Assembly (NCBI GenBank): GCA_946965045.2
Contig: OX337228.1
Coordinates: 4,216,001 to 4,280,000, forward strand
From: Epithemia pelagica
Lineage: Eukaryota; Protista; Bacillariophyta
Reading direction: 5' to 3'
Length of the DNA: 64,000 nucleotides
Both the position numbers and the translations under genes were made by a program. Below are positions 1 through 9,357 of this stretch, in pieces. Positions within the stretch are counted from its first letter, which is position 1; each line of letters starts with the position of its first letter. The notes beneath the pieces are model-generated. The model made no database searches and had not been told where the DNA came from. It was given only the letters and a program-made list of their open reading frames with translations.

Positions 1-597
1 AGCAGGAACGGGGGGTCCTAGTCCATTCATAGTTGGAGCCGGAGGGGCAACTCCTCCAAGGAAACTCGATGTGGCTCCAGAAAAGGCGCCAGTACGCGAT
101 AAAGCAAGGATATCAGCATGGCTTAGCTGTGGCTGATGAGGCTGCTGCCGAAGCTGGGCGGCAGCGAGAGCAGACCGGATGTCTACGGGCCCTGGAGCTG
201 CAGGAACAGTACCAGCGCTCAGACCCAGAAGAGATGCGAGCTGTTGATTCTGACTCGGGTTGGGCGGGCCAGCACCGCCCAACTGAGATAGGATATTGTG
301 GTCTCTCAGTTGAGACAAGAGAGCCGACGAAGGAGCCCCTAAGAACTGTTGCCGATGTTGTTGCTGATGTTGCTGCTGGAGAAACAATTGCTCTTCGAGG
401 GACGTACCAGTTGGTTCGCTACTGGTGAAACCACGCAAACGCAAAGTGTCTGCTAGGCTCTGGCCTTGAAAGCCTTCAGCCGCAGCATCACGCTGTGACT
501 GCGAGGCATCACGACTATCAGCAGCGTTTACCAAAAGAGACAAAGCGGACTGCCCATCTCCGGGCGTTGGGCCGCCAGTATTCGGGCGAGTATTCAT
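1..597 (-). CDS. Gln/Ala/Pro-rich low-complexity protein, N-terminal part only (runs off window start); possibly a transcriptional regulator
   Basis: Not in the ORF track. Manual translation from ATG at 597 gives 199 stop-free codons to the window edge (MNTRPNTGGPTPGDGQSALSLLVNAADSRD...EEQLFLQQQHQQQHRQQFLG...AAAQLRQQPHQPQ). The regulator role is inferred only from composition and the long upstream region. Confidence 0.75.
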   Translation of the reverse strand, partial: MNTRPNTGGPTPGDGQSALSLLVNAADSRDASQSQRDAAAEGFQGQSLADTLRLRGFTSSEPTGTSLEEQLFLQQQHQQQHRQQFLGAPSSALLSQLRDHNILSQLGGAGPPNPSQNQQLASLLGLSAGTVPAAPGPVDIRSALAAAQLRQQPHQPQLSHADILALSRTGAFSGATSSFLGGVAPPAPTMNGLGPPVPA

Positions 598-730
598 AGG
601 TTGTTTAATTCTCTCTCTTCACTCTGCGAAAATGGGGAGAGAAAAGAGATCCTACCACCTACCAGATGCGAGATGCGAGGAGCGAGGAGCCCACTCTATT
701 TAAGTGCAGGGGGAAATGTGCAATGTGAGC

Positions 731-892
731 CGTGTGCGTTGTGTTTTGTGTTGTGTGCGTTGTGCGTTGTGACTTGTCTTGTGACCACAACGCATCACAG
801 ATCACAGATTACAGATTACAGATCAAAGACATTCACTGGTCACTGGACATGGGAAATCGGAATTGGGAATTGGACAGTCAGCAGTCAGTCAA
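731..892. repeat. Degenerate period-7 repeat ladder
   Basis: Parses as gttgtgt tttgtgt tgtgtgc gttgtgc gttgtga ... tcacaga tcacaga ttacaga ttacaga tcaaaga cattcac tggtcac tggacat gggaaat cggaatt gggaatt ggacagt cagcagt. Confidence 0.8.
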
Positions 893-994
893 CGGAGAGC
901 AACGCCCAATCCCGCCCCAATGCCCCCAATCCAAGAAACGAACTGGGCTTATGCTATGACTACGAGAATGACTACCCTTCAAACTTAAAAAAAT

Positions 995-1568
995 TAGAGG
1001 TCCGTCCTGCGGTAAGCGGTCACGCATCTCCAGCGCTGGAGAATCTCCAGCAGAGACTTTCAGTTGCGTGTAAGGTAAGCGCTACCTTAGTCTCACCGTG
1101 TGGGATCTGGGACATGGGACTCTTTTCTCTGCACTGGTCACTATTATTTATCCTTTCTCATTTGTATGTTTCATACCGGTCACCCTGCAAGTTGCTGTGC
1201 CATTCATTTGCTCCACACAACCTTCCAAAATGACTGATTGCAATGACAATGATGACTCTTCAACGGTGGAAGAGTACTATGGATGGCTCAATCCGAAGCA
1301 CACCCCGAAAGTGAAGGTTCTGTAAGTGGACACCTATCAGTGTATTCTTGAAAGGAGAGAATATTGACATGTCTACAAAACAAAAAGATTATGCTGGAGA
1401 CCAAGCAACTATTCCACCACTGGAAAGGAAAGCTCTCACCAATATAGGAGTAGGTGCTCTAGTTACTACTCCTAGCTCGGCATTTTTATCATGGTAGCAC
1501 AGGTCGTCTTTTCTCCAGCGGATGCGCATAGCTCCAGCAGAGATGAGCTGTTGCGGGACCGACCTCTA
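995..1568. mobile_element. Possible MITE (about 570 bp, TA-flanked)
   Basis: 16-bp inverted termini with 14/16 identity: TAGAGGTCCGTCCTGC (995-1010) and GCGGGACCGACCTCTA (1553-1568). CTCCAGCAGAGA occurs near both ends. No coding capacity seen. Confidence 0.45.
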
Positions 1569-1720
1569 CAAAAAGTCTCAAAGCCGCCCCCATCTACCAT
1601 CTACTAGCTAGTACAACGTACGAGTAGGTCAAAGATCACACACAAAAAGAAAAAATAACACAATTACTAGTTGCAGCTAGCTCTAGGTAGTACCCCCGTT
1701 AAGTACGACTTCGTGTACGA

Positions 1721-1916
1721 ACAATGAACAATGAACACCTCAAACTGCACACAAAGGAAAAGGGAAAAGGAAAAAGGAGCGAAGTGGAAGAACGGAAAAT
1801 GGGAGATTGTTGCTTCTGGGTTCTGGGTTCTGGGTTCTGGGTTCTGGGTGCTTTGTGCTTGGTGCTTGGTGTGCTTGGTTGGTTGTTGGTTGGCCATTGG
1901 CCATGGACATTGGACA
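1721..1916. repeat. Long drifting period-7 repeat ladder including (GGTTCTG)4
   Basis: 28 consecutive heptamers, most resembling a neighbour: acaatga acaatga ... ggaaaag ggaaaag gaaaaag ... gcttctg ggttctg x4 ggtgctt tgtgctt ggtgctt ... gttggcc attggcc atggaca ttggaca. Confidence 0.85.
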
Positions 1917-3919
1917 TTCTCCCGTACTGAAAATTGAATCTACAAAATACGAATCCCGGAGACTAACTAATGTAGTACTGACCACTTGCTGAAATACAGT
2001 ACTCCTACAACAGATCGAAGATGCCAACGTTCTTGGAAGTTGCGGAAGATAAAAGATTATGGAGGTTAGAGGTAGAGGGTTAAAGGTTCGAAGTTAGAGG
2101 CTAGAATTTAGAAGGTCAGCGTCAGCGGGGGCCCACCGCCCACCACGGGGCGCACGCCCACCGCCCACTCCCAACTCCTAGAGAGTAACAGATACTGGGT
2201 GAATTGTGATCGGTGAAACCAGAAAGACTGATGACCGGAAACCGGAAAAAAGACAGACTCAAACCTCAAGGATCAAGGAGCTTTTAGCTTTCCTCTTTTC
2301 TCTGCTGGAGACGGGATCCTCTGCTTGACCAAACTTCAGCGCTCTACTCGAGCTGGAAAAGGGCTCTAGTCTAGCATACCTGCTCAACCTCAACCAGATG
2401 TGGAGTACTTTTTCTGATACTACACTACTACACAAACACTCTGGCATATGGAATTTGGACCCGCAATCCGCAATGGGCTATTCGCATCAATTTGAGCCTG
2501 CGGTCTGCGGTACCTGCTAATAACCCCTCTAACTCTAATAAGAACACAGAGGGTCTACATCATGATATTCCCTCTCTACTACCTACCTAGTAGAGAGTAG
2601 AGCCGGAATCTCTATCTTCTTCTATCAGCGGTTTTACCAGTAGACGTAGACACGCAGACACTAGAGCTACCTACAATAGGACCTAGGTAGGCGTAGGCAG
2701 TCTTCACAACTCACACTCACCTCCTGATTCGGCATTTGCGCCGTTCTCGTTTTCGTATAATAGAGAGAACTCTACAGATTTCAGATCATCATCATTCATC
2801 ATTGCCGAAGTTGCAGCTTGTCGGATTTCTTACTTATCTAATCTCTGGCGTTCATGGTTCGCATTCTATCTTGTGTATACTCGTATTTCGTGTTCCTAGT
2901 TCCTAGGTAGTTCCTATTTCGTATTGGAGATCACGGTACCCCCTAGCGGGGGTGGCTTATAGGGTGTAATTTCTCTGAGCCACCCCCATACCTATTTGCC
3001 AAAAATAACCTGTTTCCAGTCGGCCGGCATATCTCATTTCCTCCACCACAATAACAACACGGGCCATGGTGTTGCACAGGTTGTTGTGCACCTATTAGGA
3101 CTCGTGAAACCTGTCGTCCTAGTCATAGACCTCAAACCAATAGTGCAGAATGCATCGGCATCACCAAAATTTAAAGGTTAAGGCTATTATGCATCAGACT
3201 CATAGGCGCCATGCCTCGTGGCACAGGTACGGAAGCGACGCCTTGCCATTTCGAACGAAGCAACTCAAATGGACTATATGGCTCTTATCTTGCATTGTTT
3301 GGACACCTATTGGTACACAATACACATCACAGTAGTAGTTACACAGTGTATTGATAGCAAAACAGCAACTCTAATGTATGTTCACGCCATCATGGTCTCC
3401 TATTGTGCCGTATTACAGCTTACAGCGTCACTGTATTGGTCATTTCCTAGAATGGCCCGCATGCACTGTGCCCCTCACAATGCACTGCCATGGTACCGAT
3501 ATGAAGCATGTGATGGTCGGATCATGATGGGGTGGCCGTAGGAGGTCACCAGCAACGACAAAGTTTGATTGTCGTGTTGTTATCGCGGTGGAAGGAATGA
3601 GATATGCCGGCCGACTGGAGCAAGGAAAAAGGTACTCCCTCTGGACCAAAATTGTGTAGCGAATTGCAAAAAAATACTGTAACTTCATGGGCATATCTCC
3701 GTTTGTACTAAAAATTATATTGATCGGTCGGTCTTTCCAAGATCTACATTTTCATGTATAATATTTATATGTTCCATCTCTCATTTTTGGGGCCATGAGA
3801 TGGAACTAAAGCGTAGCAAAAATAAATGTCTAACTTTGCCGTACCGGTTCATGCCCCCTGACCCCTCTCAAGACCCGGCCCATTTAGGGGAGGCCCAGAG
3901 GGGTCCATAGAGGAGGGAT

Positions 3920-5568
3920 ATGCATCCACAAGACCGTGGACGTGCCATACCCCCTAGCGGAAGGGTGAGTCCAGGTTGATCGTGATTCAGGGTGAATTCT
4001 CATACTCACCCCCAAGGCGCGATCCTCAAAATTGGCGATTTCTCGACTTTGACAAAAACTCACAACAACAACAACGCAATCACTACGATACGGATCTTGT
4101 TGCGGTTGTTACAACACTCATGGCCCCTCCCCATCCGACCAGAGTTGTCAATCCTATCCATACCAACCCAAGGGGCCCTCCTGGCGTGGTAACCAACCGT
4201 TCCGACCCACTGCTTCCGTTTGGATCTCAGTATCACGACAGTGCAATGGCAAGCAACAACAACCCGAATGAAAACCATCCATCCGACGCCATTATGCACC
4301 CGCCCAATCCGACCGGAGTTGTCGCCCCTATCCCTACCCACCCCATGGACCTTCCTGGCCAGGCACCGAACGCTTCCAGCCCAACAACGCTACAAGAGGC
4401 CATCAACTCTGCTTTCCATGGTTGGCACGGCAAGAAAGCTTGTTCATGGCAGGTCGGTGCATGTGAACAGATTCTCCACCGGCGTGGATACTTCCGTTCG
4501 AATGCCTCCCGTTTTCCCTACGCCCTAACATCGTACGTCTATTGCACAAATGGTGACCATTGTCATGGGACAAGCGAATTACTGCCATTTAGCTCCCCTT
4601 CATTCCCATTCATCAACATTATGGACCATCCAGATGAATCGACACTGTTGGGTGGCGACAAAGCATCAATCAAACAAAAGCGCTCAAAACCTATTTCCCG
4701 AAACAATTGGTGCCCCAGCCCCAGTACTCTCCTCCTATAGAAGCATTGCCCAATGGTGGAAAGACACTGCCCAATGGTGGAAAGAATGCAACAAAGTGCT
4801 CCTCCCACAGTAAATTGAACAGAAACGGCCACACACGAGGAAGACTTCAGATTGACCCAATAAGAGGCATCAATATGCTCCCTCCTTATAGAGAAGCATT
4901 TCTCAATGGTGGAAAGACGAGGTTGAATGCAACAAATTGCTCCTCCACAGTATTTTTGAACAGAAACGACCACACACGAGCAGGTTTTCCAGGAGCTGGA
5001 CCACACACTCTCAATACATCAGAACATAGGGCTATGGTAAACATAAATGGGTATGAAGTTGCTGTAGTTATAATGGGTTTGGAGGATGGGTCGTCGGTTT
5101 GGTTTTTTTTGGATTTGTACGTTATTGCTAGTCCGTGTTTCGACCAATAGCAGGGTCCGCGTCTGCTATTTCAACGCCACAAGGGTCCCTTGGAGTAATA
5201 GAGATAGGAGTGACATGTCGGTAGCGATTGAAAGGGTCCATGGTTGTTGTTACAACCACAGCAAGATGGGCCTCGTGGTGTTTGCGTTGTGGTTGTTGTG
5301 AGTTTTTGTCAAAGTCGGAGGAGCGAGATCGAGCCGTGGGGGTGAGTATCAGATTGCACCCTTACCCATTCACGAGCCGCTAGGGGGTAGGACGTGCCAT
5401 AGTGCTTCTGCTGGCGCTGGCTAAAAATGGCAGACTTTCCCACATGGTGCCATTGCACAAGTCGCCAAAAAATTTGGTGCTAGCAGAACCTCCATAAGTA
5501 ATCTGTTGGCGCGTGCCATGCTCAGTCGTGCTTCAGTGCTTAATCAACTCACCAGATATTTGGCCTAA
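3920..5568 (+). pseudogene. Mariner-type transposase N-terminal HTH remnant, split by element B and frameshifted
   Basis: Joining 3920-3947 to 5400 onward gives MHPQDRGRAIVLLLALAKNGRL, then after a frameshift PHGAIAQVAKKFGASRTSISNLLARA. This resembles the N-terminal HTH region of plant/oomycete mariner transposases (recalled similarity). Confidence 0.6.
3948..5389. mobile_element. Non-autonomous DNA transposon B (1442 bp), same terminal motif as element A, 10-bp TSD
   Basis: Termini TACCCCCTAGCGG (3948-3960) and CCGCTAGGGGGTA (5377-5389). Imperfect TIRs of about 170-190 bp share the block CGACTTTGACAAAAACTCACAACAAC. Perfect TSD GGACGTGCCA at 3938-3947 and 5390-5399. An internal diverged ~120-bp duplication lies at about 4735-4850 and 4885-4982. 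Confidence 0.92.
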
Positions 5569-6247
5569 AGCATGCAGGCGCGGAAAAAAGCTTATCTATC
5601 AGTCCTTAGTCGTTATATTTGACGTTAAATAGTTTTTCTACTCATTTGAAGGCACGTGTGTCGTGGAATGTTCATCTCTAAAATTCGACTCCGAATGAGC
5701 CGGCCAGTTCCCCGTAGGTTTGTACCAGGGTCTACGTGATGTATTAAGGCGACTAATTTTACTTGTTGGTCGCGCGCTACACAATTACGGTCCAGAGGGA
5801 GTGTGGGGGTGGTTCACAGAAACTACAACCTCAAAACCACCCCCGCTAGGGGGTAGAGATCACGGGGAGGTGGAAGCTGAAGATTGGGGATTGGGGATCC
5901 ATGATCCATCCCATTATAATAATGAGGGGAATGCGGTAATATTGTAGCAAGTAAGGAGTGAGGAGTGACATGATGTATAAGAGTGGAGAATCTGGTAAAT
6001 GGTAGGAGTATTGAGTATTGAGTAGTACTGCGATTGATGGTCGAGGGAGAAGTACTAGAAGAGTACGAGTATTGTTACTCCTAGCTCCTAGTATGAGTAA
6101 TTCTCTGTGGCTATGAACCATTCCCTCTTAGGAGTATATCGGAGACAGACACGGGATGTACGATGTAGAGAATACGGGATACGGGATACGGGATGCAGGA
6201 GCATTTCTCTACCTACTCCTCTACTCCTACTCTACCTACCCCTACTC

Positions 6248-7095
6248 CTAGTGTCTATTCTACCCCTGTACTCATATGAGGACAAATCCTCATATGAGTA
6301 CACTTTCAAAAGAAGAATATCAAATCAATCATGTACTCCTAAGTGGTTTTTAAGTTCAGATTCGTAATCTCCATACTTGAAAACGTACCCCATGATATTC
6401 TCATCCTTTATTGTGATGAGTAGTGACGATACAGTATCAAAAACAGAATTCATCCATGTTGGAGCGATGGTGATTTTCTAAACTGAGTGTTTGGAGGGGA
6501 TAAAACAGAAGACAATCAACCTGATGAGTGTTATTATCCCTAGCGATGATGACCAGTTGTCCTTTGCCTGATTGAGGCATCAGATTGAGAGAATTCAGCC
6601 AAAACAAGCCTCCATCACCACAGAGGAAAATTCTGAGACCGTAACAGCATTCGACACCAATACAGGGTCAAATGCGGCGTCTGAGCCTCCTGTACCCCAA
6701 CAGTTCATGTACAGGAAGCACAGACACCTTCAGGGATCCAGGAAAGTGCAGTGGGAGACTCAAATCCGCCAATGTATGTGAAGACAGTTGAACTCCCTCG
6801 ACAAAATGGTTGGATTTGCCCTACATAAACTGGATGGATGCATTTTCCAACACACATAGTGTCTTGCCACATAAACATAGAACATAATGGTTGATTGTGG
6901 TCTATTACTTTTCTATTTTAGTTGTTCATTTTTTTGGTAGAACGGCAGATTCCCATGGTTGGGTTACATTTTTTGTCGATAGCTTCGTACAAAAGCTACT
7001 GTGGTCTACGTAGATATGATTATTGTAGGATTGTCCTCATATGAGGACAAGCGCTGTCCTCATATGAGGACAAACCGGGGTAGAATAGACACTAG
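6248..7095. mobile_element. MITE of about 845 bp with palindromic subterminal motifs
   Basis: Perfect 19-bp inverted termini CTAGTGTCTATTCTACCCC (6248-6266) and GGGGTAGAATAGACACTAG (7077-7095). Two copies of the palindromic core CTCATATGAG lie inside each end. The TSD is ambiguous (TA or CTAG). Confidence 0.8.
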
Positions 7096-7358
7096 AGTAG
7101 CTCTAGGAGTACTCTATTAGAGCTAGAGAGAGTAGTAGGAGTAGCTAAGGTTAGCAGGAGTAACTCGTCGACCGTATGAGAAAGTATTATTCGCTCATGA
7201 GTCGCTCTCGTTTCCTACTGATTACACGTGTAGGCGCATCAGTTTGATGGGTCCAGTGCGTGGAGTGAGAGTCCTCTTTCGTCATTTCACCCTTCGTTAC
7301 GTATAGATAATAGATCACGATCTCCTTCGAGACGAAAGGACTAACCATACACACACCA

Positions 7359-9227
7359 ATGATCATGATGACACCATCAGGGATGCTGCTGCCAATACTG
7401 CTTCTCGGTTTAAGTGATGTATGCATTCGATATACCACTGCATGGAATGTACTGCGAACGAAACAAAAAAGTGGGAGACCATCAACGTTGCCAACTTTCT
7501 ATGGTCGAAGCCATCACCGTCGGTCGTCCTTTCTCGCGGAACCAGTTGCGTGTTCGATCAATCGTCGTCAACCTGAACGAATGTCGTCTTCATCGCTTTC
7601 AATGATGTTTGACCAGTTGTCGGAGGCCATTGGATCAGTGGCCAGAACATTAAGTTCCAGTAAACAAGCCAAAATGACGGAGAAATCAATCCGACCAGCA
7701 TTGCGAGAGGTGAGACGAGCTTTGCTTGACGCAGACGTTAATGTTGAGGTGGCTGATACACTGTTAGAGGGAGTGAAAAAGAGAAGCTTAGGCCAAGAAG
7801 TGTTACAAGGGGTATCCGCTGAACAGCAGTTCGTGAAGGCTATGTATGATGAGCTACTGGATCTTATGGGTGGGGGCTCGCCTTCTTCCACAACGCCGCC
7901 TCCCCTTGTGGGAAGTAGTGTTCCCGTTGCTCCTTTGGCTACTGGAACGCCTTCCAATCCTGCAGTTATTTTGTTGGCAGGTTTGCAAGGAGCAGGAAAA
8001 ACCACTGCTGCTGGAAAGTTGGCCCTTTATTTGTCGGAACGCGAGGTTGACTACGAAGCAGCGGCAGAGCAGCAAAGCAACCAGGAAGACGAAGGACAGG
8101 CCTCAGAAATGTTGTTGTCTTCACGCCTTCCCAAACGGCAGCGGCAAGTCCTTTTGGTAGCGGCGGATGTATATCGTCCTGCCGCAATTCAGCAGCTTCA
8201 GGTATTGGGCCAGCGTATCAACGTAACCGTGTACACTGAAGATATTTCCAAGGTAAAGGATCCTGTCATTATTGTCAAGAATGCTCTGGCCAACGCCAAA
8301 AAGGAGCAGCAATACGATACGATTATTGTAGATACGGCAGGCCGTCAAGTCGTCGATGATGCTCTCATGAATGAGCTGAAACGCATGAAGCAAGTATCGC
8401 AAGCGGATGAAACTCTCTTGATCGTTGATGCCATGACAGGTCAGGAGGCTGCAACCTTGACTGCAGCCTTTGATCAAGCTGTTGGTGTAACAGGTGCAAT
8501 TCTCACCAAGCTTGACGGGGATTCTAGGGGTGGAGCAGCTGTATCGGTTCGTGCTGTATCCGGACAACCCATTAAATTTGTTGGAACAGGCGAAAAACTC
8601 GATGACCTGGAACCATTCTACCCTGATAGAATGGCCAGTCGTATTCTCGGTATGGGTGATGTTGTAAGTTTGGTGGAAAAGGCTGCATCCAAAGTATCTG
8701 ATGAAGAGGCTTTGCGAATGCAGCAGAAAATGAAGGAAGCAACCTTTGACTTTGAAGACTTTTTGAAACAATCGGAGCTCATCAACCAAATGGGTAGTGT
8801 CGCTGGTATTGCCAAGATGATGCCGGGAATGGGAGGGCAATTGAGCAACGCCAAAATTCGAGAAGTAGAAGAAAGGCTGAAGAAGAACCGGGCCATGATC
8901 AATAGTATGACTCGACAGGAGCGTAGTCAGCCGGAACTGTTCATCAAGGATTCATCATCTCGATCTCGACTCATTCGTATTACGAAGGGATCTGGTATAC
9001 AGTTTCAGGAGGGCCAGCAGTTTATCAGTGAATTCCAACGTATGCGCACTATGATGGCGCGAATGCAAAAACAAATGGGCAATCAAGGGCCTGGAGGATC
9101 GTTGCCGGAAAGTGACTCTGAAGATCTTATGGCTGGTGTCGGTATGGGTGGTAATCGCTCCATGAGAAGAGCTGCCAAGAAGAAGAAGGCGGGCCGAACC
9201 AGAGGAGCTGGTGGATTTGGGAAGTAA
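7359..9227 (+). CDS. cpSRP54: Chloroplast signal recognition particle 54 kDa protein (Ffh homologue) with bipartite plastid presequence
   Basis: NG and M domains: GLQGAGKTT (G1), DVYRPAA, DTAGR (G3), TKLDGD (G4), GTGEK, RMASRILGMGD, M-domain FDFEDFL...MMPGM. N-terminal hydrophobic signal ends in TTA-W. Confidence 0.95.
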   Translation: MIMMTPSGMLLPILLLGLSDVCIRYTTAWNVLRTKQKSGRPSTLPTFYGRSHHRRSSFLAEPVACSINRRQPERMSSSSLSMMFDQLSEAIGSVARTLSSSKQAKMTEKSIRPALREVRRALLDADVNVEVADTLLEGVKKRSLGQEVLQGVSAEQQFVKAMYDELLDLMGGGSPSSTTPPPLVGSSVPVAPLATGTPSNPAVILLAGLQGAGKTTAAGKLALYLSEREVDYEAAAEQQSNQEDEGQASEMLLSSRLPKRQRQVLLVAADVYRPAAIQQLQVLGQRINVTVYTEDISKVKDPVIIVKNALANAKKEQQYDTIIVDTAGRQVVDDALMNELKRMKQVSQADETLLIVDAMTGQEAATLTAAFDQAVGVTGAILTKLDGDSRGGAAVSVRAVSGQPIKFVGTGEKLDDLEPFYPDRMASRILGMGDVVSLVEKAASKVSDEEALRMQQKMKEATFDFEDFLKQSELINQMGSVAGIAKMMPGMGGQLSNAKIREVEERLKKNRAMINSMTRQERSQPELFIKDSSSRSRLIRITKGSGIQFQEGQQFISEFQRMRTMMARMQKQMGNQGPGGSLPESDSEDLMAGVGMGGNRSMRRAAKKKKAGRTRGAGGFGK

Positions 9228-9357
9228 ACGGAGTTGTAAACATTATGGCGTCAAGTGTTGCCACTTAGTAGATCCAATTCATTGGCATCTCGTCTCGTTT
9301 TGCTTAAAAATCAGTGGTCAGCAAGGAATGCCTAATAGAAAGCGCTTCATTTTATAC

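Larger units (their letters stand above)
3635..5801 (+). mobile_element. Mariner/Stowaway-like element (about 715 bp without its insert) inside the right TIR of element A
   Basis: 27-bp TIRs CTCCCTCTGGACCAAAATTGTGTAGCG (3635-3661) and CGCTACACAATTACGGTCCAGAGGGAG (5775-5801), 25/27 identical. Flanked by TA (3633-3634) and TG (mutated TA, 5802-5803). CTCCCTC is the known terminus of plant mariner/Stowaway elements. Confidence 0.85.
2937..5855. mobile_element. Non-autonomous DNA transposon A (about 750 bp without its nested inserts), long TIRs, 10-bp TSD; Mutator-like or AcademH-like
   Basis: Termini TACCCCCTAGCGGGGGTGG (2937) and CCACCCCCGCTAGGGGGTA (ends 5855). Perfect 10-bp TSD GAGATCACGG at 2927-2936 and 5856-5865. 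The ~125-bp left TIR (2937-3061) is matched by a right TIR split into 3574-3634 and 5804-5855. Confidence 0.9.

Noticed and set aside
33-428. Track ORF on the + strand (131 aa)
   Set aside because: Antisense shadow of the longer, ATG-initiated minus-strand frame 597-1.
601-2027. Several 60-210 aa track ORFs with repetitive peptides (e.g. GFWVLGSGFWVL, QNPEPRTQNPEPR)
   Set aside because: They are translations of heptamer ladders, open in several frames at once, with no protein-like features.
3015-3620. Apparent stand-alone inverted repeat pair (3015-3061 / 3574-3620)
   Set aside because: Explained as the inner part of element A's TIRs, displaced by the mariner insertion.
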